Positions 56,749-64,000 of a DNA stretch of 64,000 nt are shown piece after piece; the stretch's first letter is position 1; each line of letters begins with the position of its first letter. The stretch comes from a virus, in the IMG/VR virus record IMGVR_UViG_3300028535_000001; one strand, given 5' to 3'. Below the pieces are notes generated by a model that made no database searches, had not been told where the DNA came from, and was given only the letters and a program-made list of their open reading frames with translations. A program made the translations under genes and the position numbers.

Positions 56749-57600
56749 TTACGTAGCGTTTCCTATGATTGTTTTTTGTGTAACACCACTAGAGTTTTTG
56801 ATTAACAACGTCACAGCTGAGCTGAAATTAGATGAATCAATAGTAGCTACTTGAGCACCTTTTGATCCAGTAAATCCAACAATACCTTGGTTTGATAATT
56901 CAACCCATTGAGTTGAGTTACCATCATTGTAGTAGAAATATTGTACGCCAGTAGCGTTATCTACCCAAATGTCTCCCTCTCCAACACCTGAAGTAGGTGG
57001 AGTAGCGGCAGTTGTAATATCAAGGTTTCCTTCTGATCCTGTAAATCCTATATCACCTTTTGATCCTGTAAATCCTATATCACCTTTTGATCCTGTAAAT
57101 CCTATATCACCTTTTGATCCTGTAAATCCTATAACTCCTTGAGCACCTGTAGCTCCTAGAGAACCTGTGAAACCAATGTCTCCTTTAGAACCTGTAAAAC
57201 CAATATCACCTTTAGAACCTGTGAAACCAATTGTACCAGAAAGATCAGATACATATGAGTATACTGTTCCGTTCCATAAATACAATCTAGAATTTTCGGC
57301 GTCTGTTAGTGATCCATTTTCAATTATAGCAAATTCACCAGTGACTATGCCACTTGGTGATGTGTCTGCTGATAGAGCTGCAACACTTGTATAAGTCTTC
57401 GCAATGTTGAATCCTAAACCAGTAGCACCTAAAGAGCCTGTAAAACCAATATCACCTTTAGAACCGGTGTAACCGATTGATCCAGTGAAACCTGCTGTTA
57501 ACGGCTGTAGCGCCCACCCATTTCCGTTCCATTTCCACTGACGTGTGCCGAGTGTGTATAGATCGTTTAACGAGGGACTATTTGGAAAGTTTATTGCCAT
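56749..57600 (-). CDS. Collagen-like (GFTGSKGDI) fibre protein
   Basis: Gly-X-Y repeats; perfect 27-bp tandem DNA repeat at 57034-57133. Confidence 0.8.
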   Translation of the reverse strand: MAINFPNSPSLNDLYTLGTRQWKWNGNGWALQPLTAGFTGSIGYTGSKGDIGFTGSLGATGLGFNIAKTYTSVAALSADTSPSGIVTGEFAIIENGSLTDAENSRLYLWNGTVYSYVSDLSGTIGFTGSKGDIGFTGSKGDIGFTGSLGATGAQGVIGFTGSKGDIGFTGSKGDIGFTGSKGDIGFTGSEGNLDITTAATPPTSGVGEGDIWVDNATGVQYFYYNDGNSTQWVELSNQGIVGFTGSKGAQVATIDSSNFSSAVTLLIKNSSGVTQKTIIGNAT

Positions 57601-57779
57601 TTTGTTTGTCTCCTAATTTATTGTTATGTTTTGTCTTTTTTAATTAAAAAATTCAATACTATACATCTTATATCAATTATTTTATATTGTAAGAAAGGTT
57701 TCGTTCTTTCTACATTCTATTTATAATACATAAACACTGCACAAGACATATAATACAGTATTTGTCAAATTTATTTTAA

Positions 57780-59390
57780 CTACGTACCAATTGTACCACC
57801 ATTTAGGCACCAACCGGTACCATCCCATACGCAGGAGAAGGTATTGGCATAAACGCCACCTGTAGTATCTAATCTCCATATATGTGAAGCTTTTAATTCT
57901 GTTGCACCTGTAACAATACTAACAACTTTTGCGTTAGAAACTGTAATATCGCTATATGTTGATGTTGTTATACCTGATTTATAGAAAATTAACTCTTGTC
58001 CTATATAAGTGCCGTCTGCAAGTGTATAATTTATACTTGATGTAATAAAGTGATTACGTTTTGTTATATCTAAAGTGCCTGGAGCTTCATTCGCTATGTA
58101 TTCACTTGTTGTTATATGAGAACCTGCTATTGTTAATTTATCACTTGTAAGTCCAATGCTTACTTCATTTTCTCCCATTTTTAAACTGTTATCGCTTAAG
58201 AATAAGTGTCTAACTTTTCTATCAGCACTACCTATGTCATATGTTGAATTTGCTACAGGTAATAAATGTCCACTATTTGTAATATCCCAACGGTCAGTAC
58301 CTTCAGTTTTTATAGTAACTTCGCCATCTGTACCAGTATCAACTACTGTCACAGCACTATTGCCAACTGTTATAGAACTTCCTCCTGTTCCTGCCGAACC
58401 TGTAAATCCAGTTGAGCCTGTAAATCCTACTATACCAGCATTTGCTAATTCTACCCATTGATTACTGTTGCCGTCATTCATGTAGAAGTATTGAATACCT
58501 GTTGCGTCATCTATCCAAACATCTCCAAGTCCTGCTGAAGCAGGTGGAACTGAATTTAATGTAACATCTAAATTTCCTTCTGATCCTGAATAACCAATTA
58601 CACCTTGATCGCCTTTTGATCCTGAATACCCAATTGATCCTGTATAACCAATTGATCCAAGATCACCTTTTGATCCTGTAAATCCTATTATACCTTGAAT
58701 ACCTTGATCGCCTTTTGATCCTGTATATCCTAAATTTCCTTTTGATCCAGTAAAACCAACGGCGCCAGCTGTACCTGCTGTACCTTTTGATCCTGTGAAA
58801 CCTACACTACCAATATCTCCTTTTGATCCTGTAAATCCTGTTGCACCTGTTCCACCATCAGCACCTTTTGATCCTGTAAAACCTACAGTACCAATATCTC
58901 CTTTTGATCCTGTAAAACCTACAGCGCCAGTATCTCCTTTTGATCCTGTATAACCTAAATTTCCTTTTGAGCCAGTGAAACCAACGGCGCCGGCTGTACC
59001 AGTATCTCCTTTTGATCCTGTAAAACCAATTGCACCTGCTGATCCTGTATAACCTACTCCACCACTTGTACTGAATAATGACCAGTTACCGTCCGCATTT
59101 GGAACAGCACCTGTTATGGTACTACGAACTTCTGAACCTAAAAGTTTATAAGTGTAATACTTGTCGCCTGTGTAAGTTGTGGAACCGGAAGTATATGTGT
59201 TCTTAACATAAACTAACATACCTTCCTGGATTCTTGCTCCAGCAATATCTGTTAATCTATCACTAACGTTACCTGTTATGGAATGGAGTGTACCTCTAAC
59301 TTCTGTATCTAATACAATTGGAGCATTAGTGCCGGTACTCCATGTACCTGGCCAGACGTTTCGGGTTAATCCATCGTAATTACTTGCCAT
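57780..59390 (-). CDS. Collagen-like tail-fibre protein
   Basis: Long G(F/Y)TGSKG Gly-X-Y tract; GHLLP..NSTYDIGS fibre motif. Confidence 0.8.
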   Translation of the reverse strand: MASNYDGLTRNVWPGTWSTGTNAPIVLDTEVRGTLHSITGNVSDRLTDIAGARIQEGMLVYVKNTYTSGSTTYTGDKYYTYKLLGSEVRSTITGAVPNADGNWSLFSTSGGVGYTGSAGAIGFTGSKGDTGTAGAVGFTGSKGNLGYTGSKGDTGAVGFTGSKGDIGTVGFTGSKGADGGTGATGFTGSKGDIGSVGFTGSKGTAGTAGAVGFTGSKGNLGYTGSKGDQGIQGIIGFTGSKGDLGSIGYTGSIGYSGSKGDQGVIGYSGSEGNLDVTLNSVPPASAGLGDVWIDDATGIQYFYMNDGNSNQWVELANAGIVGFTGSTGFTGSAGTGGSSITVGNSAVTVVDTGTDGEVTIKTEGTDRWDITNSGHLLPVANSTYDIGSADRKVRHLFLSDNSLKMGENEVSIGLTSDKLTIAGSHITTSEYIANEAPGTLDITKRNHFITSSINYTLADGTYIGQELIFYKSGITTSTYSDITVSNAKVVSIVTGATELKASHIWRLDTTGGVYANTFSCVWDGTGWCLNGGTIGT

Positions 59391-61426
59391 TAGCTAATCT
59401 CCACATATGTTGTTCCTGGTTGTAAAGTAAATCCGTATAAGTGATAATCTTCAGCAACGAATCCTGATGGCGCTGCTGTTTGTATTAAGCCAATTGTTCC
59501 ACCATCTGTAGTAGATACATCACTTAATAATCCAGCACTAGCACCAGTTTTAAATGTTGTTGGTTGTGTAACCGAATTCCTGACAGCAAACCAAAAAGCA
59601 CGAGGATTAGAATCACTATTGTTCACTGCTTGGACGGAAAAATCATGAGTCTGATTGGCTAGTTGATTTGCTGCTGAGTCGAAACCGGTTGACGTACTAT
59701 CATCTATTATATCTGTAAGTGTGGGAGGGGATCCTACACTTGTACTCCAAATCCAAAAACTTGGATATGAAAATGTAGCAGATACGTTTGAAGTTGTTGA
59801 TGATTGCGTGTCGGTGTACGATGAACCGGTTACGTTTACAGGTCTAGTGAAAGTCGTTGTGTTTGAAATTGTACGTGTTGTTCCAGTATTATTCTTATGT
59901 ATTGGATCAGTAAACGTAAAAGTTCCACTAACGTATCCACTTCCTGATGTGTTGTTCAAAGAACCTCCTGCTGATGTTAACAAATGTGAAGTATTACTAT
60001 TAGTTAAAATATTACTTACATTAGTAGAGTAAGAGGTACTTGAATATGTTTTTAAAAATGTTTCGCCTGAAACATTGCTTTTAGATAAACTATGAGAAGC
60101 TGTTCCCCAATTGAGTGAGAAACTAGTATCTGAAACTGTATATTCTGATTCAGAACCATCGTTATGATTAAATTTAATTGTAGCTCCTGCTGAACCACCA
60201 GTACGAGTAGTTGATGTTGATCTAATAAATGAACTTGAATTGTTTGTAGTGAAAGATTGATTCCAATCTACACCACCAGCTGGCGTTGATGAATAACTAC
60301 CTGCTGAATAATTACTTAAAGTACCGTTAACACTTCCACTTGTTTGAGTGATAGAGTAAACTGAACTTATAAAATCCGATGTAACGTCACTAGGGTTATC
60401 TACTGATACAGAAAATCCTGTAACTGGTTGATCCCATTTTGGAGAAGTTGGAGAACTACTTGCTGAAAAAGTTGGAGTAAATGTTGCTAAAGTTAATCTT
60501 AAAAGATCACTTGAAAATTCTGCTGTTCTAATTGTATTTGTTGTACTACCTTCTTTATAACCTGTAAGTGTTCTATAATCTCCTGAAGTTGTAAATACAA
60601 ATGGAGAACCTGTACCTGTACCTGCTGAACCAGTAAAACCAATTACACCTACTGATCCTGTAAATCCTGCTCCTACTGAACCAGTGAAACCAACAGCGCC
60701 GGCTGTTCCTGCGTCACCTTTTGATCCTGAATAACCTAAATCACCTTTTGAACCTGAAAATCCAACTGCACCTGTAGCTCCTGAATCTCCTTTTGATCCT
60801 GAATAACCTAAAGTTCCTTTTGAACCTGTAAAACCAACTGCACCAGCAGCTCCTGAATCTCCTTTTGATCCAGTATAACCACCACCTGGTCCTTGAGCAC
60901 CAACTGATCCTGTGAAACCTGCACCTGTTGATCCAGTAAAACCTAAACCTCCAGTATCTCCTTTTGAACCTGAAAATCCAACTACACCAGCAGCTCCTGT
61001 ATCTCCTTTTGAACCTGAAAATCCAATTGCACCTGTAGCTCCAATATCACCTTTTGAACCAGTGAAACCTGCACCTGTTGATCCTGTAAAACCAACGGCG
61101 CCATCCGAACCATCTGTACCATCAACACCTTTTGATCCTGTGTATCCTGCACCTACTGATCCAGTGAAACCTACTGTACCTAGATCGCCTTTTGATCCAG
61201 TATAACCAACAGCACCTGCTGATCCAGTGTAACCTGCACCTGCTGATCCTGTATAACCTAAACCTCCGACTGATCCTGAATATCCTTGTGAACCGGAATA
61301 ACCACCGGGTGAGCCTGCAACTCCAGCAGCTCCAGATGAACCTGTGAAACCTGCTGTACCCGCCGATCCAGTATAACCTATACGCCCTAGGCCTACTCTT
61401 ACTCCTGCGCCTTTAATTACTGGCAT
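59390..61426 (-). CDS. Collagen-like fibre protein with Ser/Thr-rich C-terminal domain
   Basis: Roughly 260 aa of G(F/Y)(T/S)GS repeats followed by a beta-rich domain. Confidence 0.8.
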   Translation of the reverse strand: MPVIKGAGVRVGLGRIGYTGSAGTAGFTGSSGAAGVAGSPGGYSGSQGYSGSVGGLGYTGSAGAGYTGSAGAVGYTGSKGDLGTVGFTGSVGAGYTGSKGVDGTDGSDGAVGFTGSTGAGFTGSKGDIGATGAIGFSGSKGDTGAAGVVGFSGSKGDTGGLGFTGSTGAGFTGSVGAQGPGGGYTGSKGDSGAAGAVGFTGSKGTLGYSGSKGDSGATGAVGFSGSKGDLGYSGSKGDAGTAGAVGFTGSVGAGFTGSVGVIGFTGSAGTGTGSPFVFTTSGDYRTLTGYKEGSTTNTIRTAEFSSDLLRLTLATFTPTFSASSSPTSPKWDQPVTGFSVSVDNPSDVTSDFISSVYSITQTSGSVNGTLSNYSAGSYSSTPAGGVDWNQSFTTNNSSSFIRSTSTTRTGGSAGATIKFNHNDGSESEYTVSDTSFSLNWGTASHSLSKSNVSGETFLKTYSSTSYSTNVSNILTNSNTSHLLTSAGGSLNNTSGSGYVSGTFTFTDPIHKNNTGTTRTISNTTTFTRPVNVTGSSYTDTQSSTTSNVSATFSYPSFWIWSTSVGSPPTLTDIIDDSTSTGFDSAANQLANQTHDFSVQAVNNSDSNPRAFWFAVRNSVTQPTTFKTGASAGLLSDVSTTDGGTIGLIQTAAPSGFVAEDYHLYGFTLQPGTTYVEIS

Positions 61427-61463
61427 GTCTTAATTCTTATCCCCCTCATGTTAAGTCCAAGCA

Positions 61464-61505
61464 TTGACTTTTTTTTGTAACTCTGTTATAGTATATTTAT
61501 AAATA
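61464..61505. promoter_or_regulatory. Divergent control region: plus-strand sigma70 promoter and palindromic double late promoter
   Basis: TTGACT-17-TATAGT (61464-61492, +); TATTTATAAATA (61494-61505) gives TATAAATA on both strands. Confidence 0.7.
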
Positions 61506-61543
61506 ATCTGTAGTGAATTGATACTCAAAATGAAAAATTATAA

Positions 61544-63604
61544 ATGATTTCTATCGCATTTTTAGATATAATTGGTCTTCCCTATGATGGAGACACTTTA
61601 AAGAAACGTGGCCTTGGAGGTTCCGAGTCTGCGACTATCTTAATGGCTAGAGAACTAGCCAAATTCGGTTTCAAAGTTACTATATTTAATAACTGTTTAA
61701 GTGATCCTAATCTTGCAAAAGAAGGTATTTATGATGGTGTACAATATTTAGATAATTCAATTTTTGATTATAAAAGTGATTTTAGTTTTGATGTTGTTAT
61801 ATCTTTAAGAACAATCGTTCCATTTTTACCAAGTACTTTATACAACCAATTCAAACAATTCAATCCTAGAAGGTATTCTGCAATAGTTCAAAATGCAAAA
61901 TGGAAAGTAATGTGGATGCATGATACATTTGCAACCGGAGATCACTTATTAGAAAGCTTACTTGTAAATGAACATATAAATGAAATATTTACTTTGTCTG
62001 ATTTCCATTCAACTTATGTTTTAAATTGTGACCATGGTAAAAGAAGAAACATGGAAGTATTAAAACATAAATTTTTTCAAACTAGAAATGGAATAGTAAC
62101 CTATAGAAATGATATTGATATAAGAAAAAAGGATCCTCACTTATATGTTTTCAATGCAGCTTACACAAAAGGTATGAAACCTTTAGTTGTGGATATATGG
62201 CCAAAAATAAAAGCAAAAATACCTGAAGCTAAATTAATATGTATTGGTGGTTTTTATACATTTAAGGGTGGACAAATGGATGCTCAAGGAAAAGAATGGA
62301 CTATATTGAAAAACAATCCTCTTTATAAAAAATTAAGTGTAACATTTACAGGCGTTATTAGACAAGATGAAATAGCAAATATATTGGCCATGGCAAGTTA
62401 TAAATTATTTCCAGGTGCCTTTCCTGAAACATTTGGTATATCATCTTTAGAAGCAATAGCATATAATACACCTATCATTGGTACACGTTTTGGTGCTTTA
62501 GAAGAAACAGCAGTTAGTGAAGCTTGTTATTTAATAGATTATGCAATAGAACCTAATAGTTTATTTCCATCTATTCCTAAAGTAAACCAAATAAATAGAT
62601 TTGTCACCACTGTAATAAAGGCTCATCACAATAGATATTTACACCAACAAAAACAATATGCTTGTAATCAAATTAAAGGTTGTGTTGGTTGGGATACGGT
62701 TGCCTTACAATGGAAACAACATTTATTTAAAAAATTAGGCCATTACTTATCAAAAGAAGATTATAGAAAAGTAAGTCACATTAATTCTAGAGTCAGAAAA
62801 GTATTTGGTAGAAGAATTACAAATTTAGAAGAAAACTATTTACCAAGAAAACCAGAACAAAAGATAGTTATAATAACGCCTACTTATAACTCTGATAAAT
62901 ATATTGATAGATGTATTAAGTCAGTTATTTCACAAGACTATGATAATTATGAAATGATTATAATTGATGACGCTTCTACGGATAATACACATTACATTGC
63001 CCAAAAATATGAAAGTGATAAGATAAAAATTATTAGAAATGAAGTTAATAAAGGAGCTGTTTGTAACCAAATAGAAACTATAAGAATATATCGCCAGTTT
63101 GAAAAGAAGTACAAAGGTAGAAATGCCAAAGATGATATAGTAATGTTTTTAGATGGTGATGACTCTTTTATAAATGATAATCAAATATTACAATATTATA
63201 ATAACCTTTATGACGGCACTACAGAATTTTCATATGGATCATGTTGGTCAGAGGTAGACAAAATACCTTTAGTAGCACAAAACTATCCAGAGGAAGTTAA
63301 ACAAAAAAGAGAATATAGAAAATATAAATTTAATTGGAATATGCCATACACCCATTTAAGAACATTTAAAGCAGGTCTTTTAGATGACGTAGATGATAGT
63401 AATTTCCAAGATGAAAATAAAAAATGGTACAGAGCCGGCGGTGATGGTTCTATATTTTATACTCTAATTGAGAAAGCTGATCCCGCTAAAATTAAAGTTG
63501 TAACAGATATAGTATATTCTTATAATGATATTAATCCTTTAAATGATTATAAAATTAACAGTGACGAACAAACAAAAAATGCAAATAGGATACTTACCCA
63601 ATGA
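61544..63604 (+). CDS. Bifunctional glycosyltransferase (GT-B/GT4-like plus GT-A/GT2-like)
   Basis: GLGGSE, WMHD, ETFGISSLEA (EX7E); then ITPTYN, IIDDASTD, FLDGDD. Confidence 0.9.
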   Translation: MISIAFLDIIGLPYDGDTLKKRGLGGSESATILMARELAKFGFKVTIFNNCLSDPNLAKEGIYDGVQYLDNSIFDYKSDFSFDVVISLRTIVPFLPSTLYNQFKQFNPRRYSAIVQNAKWKVMWMHDTFATGDHLLESLLVNEHINEIFTLSDFHSTYVLNCDHGKRRNMEVLKHKFFQTRNGIVTYRNDIDIRKKDPHLYVFNAAYTKGMKPLVVDIWPKIKAKIPEAKLICIGGFYTFKGGQMDAQGKEWTILKNNPLYKKLSVTFTGVIRQDEIANILAMASYKLFPGAFPETFGISSLEAIAYNTPIIGTRFGALEETAVSEACYLIDYAIEPNSLFPSIPKVNQINRFVTTVIKAHHNRYLHQQKQYACNQIKGCVGWDTVALQWKQHLFKKLGHYLSKEDYRKVSHINSRVRKVFGRRITNLEENYLPRKPEQKIVIITPTYNSDKYIDRCIKSVISQDYDNYEMIIIDDASTDNTHYIAQKYESDKIKIIRNEVNKGAVCNQIETIRIYRQFEKKYKGRNAKDDIVMFLDGDDSFINDNQILQYYNNLYDGTTEFSYGSCWSEVDKIPLVAQNYPEEVKQKREYRKYKFNWNMPYTHLRTFKAGLLDDVDDSNFQDENKKWYRAGGDGSIFYTLIEKADPAKIKVVTDIVYSYNDINPLNDYKINSDEQTKNANRILTQ

Positions 63605-64000
63605 AAATAAAAAAAATATTAATAGCCATACCAACAAACAAGTACATAGAACCAACAACATACAAATCAATATATGATCTTATTATTCCACAAGGATATA
63701 AAGTTGAATTTCAATTTTTCTTTGGATATCAAATAGATCAAATAAGAAATTTAATAGCACATTGGGCAACCCACTACGATTATTTATTTTCTGTAGACAG
63801 TGATATATCTTTTGAAAAAGATACGTTAGTTAAACTGTTATCACATGATAAAGATATTGTTTCAGGTCTTTATATTCAAAGAATACCAGGAACTCACTCT
63901 TTAGAAATTTATGAGGCTAAAGAAAATGGTGGTTCTAAACGTATTCCTTGGGAAAGAATTAAAAATCTTCCTTTGGTAGAGATAGTGGCCTGTGGTATGG
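63601..64000 (+). CDS. GT-A fold glycosyltransferase, truncated by window edge
   Basis: MKIKKILIAIPT...IDQIRN...YDYLFSVDSD...DIVSGLY; ATGA overlap with the upstream GT. Confidence 0.8.
   Translation, partial: MKIKKILIAIPTNKYIEPTTYKSIYDLIIPQGYKVEFQFFFGYQIDQIRNLIAHWATHYDYLFSVDSDISFEKDTLVKLLSHDKDIVSGLYIQRIPGTHSLEIYEAKENGGSKRIPWERIKNLPLVEIVACGM

Noticed and set aside
95-61205. The many short plus-strand ORFs in the track
   Set aside because: They are antisense shadows of well-supported minus-strand genes and have no recognisable motifs.
56749-61426. Repeats as a CRISPR array or DGR template/variable pair
   Set aside because: They are in-frame Gly-X-Y coding repeats without unique spacers; no cas or reverse transcriptase gene is in the window and no adenine-specific mismatch pattern was noticed.

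Overview
This is a 64 kb, AT-rich segment of a T4-like myovirus genome. The host is probably a marine alphaproteobacterium (SAR11-type, HTVC008M-like); that assignment is inferred from base composition and the bS21/Hsp20/ferredoxin/NadA cargo. Almost everything is on the minus strand. Read in transcription order (right to left): collagen-like fibres; neck, tail, terminase, portal and head genes (gp13-gp23); gp3, uvsY, uvsW; gp55, gp47, gp46; cobS/cobT-like pair; gp45, gp44, gp62, regA, gp43; uvsX, gp41; then a late-promoter-driven block of nucleotide-handling enzymes. Two glycosyltransferases run divergently on the plus strand at the right end. Accessory cargo includes NadA, SufE, a 2Fe-2S ferredoxin, a radical SAM/SPASM pair, adenylate kinase, ribosomal proteins bL12 and bS21, a RimK-protease fusion, peptide deformylase, Hsp20, peroxiredoxin, two DUF4338-like paralogues, an MT-A70 methylase and an atypical tRNA-Gly. 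Best leads: (1) kinase/ligase/nucleotidyltransferase enzymes whose N-termini resemble the T4 capsid-targeting sequence, so possibly head-packaged and injected; (2) an Fe-S-supported NAD precursor module (SufE + Fdx + NadA); (3) a ribosome-remodelling set; (4) a ~165 nt multi-pseudoknot RNA between rpsU and hsp20; (5) Thr/Ser-rich, Pro-poor collagen fibres sharing a palindromic late promoter with glycosyltransferases. All family calls come from motif recognition by eye; no database searches were run.
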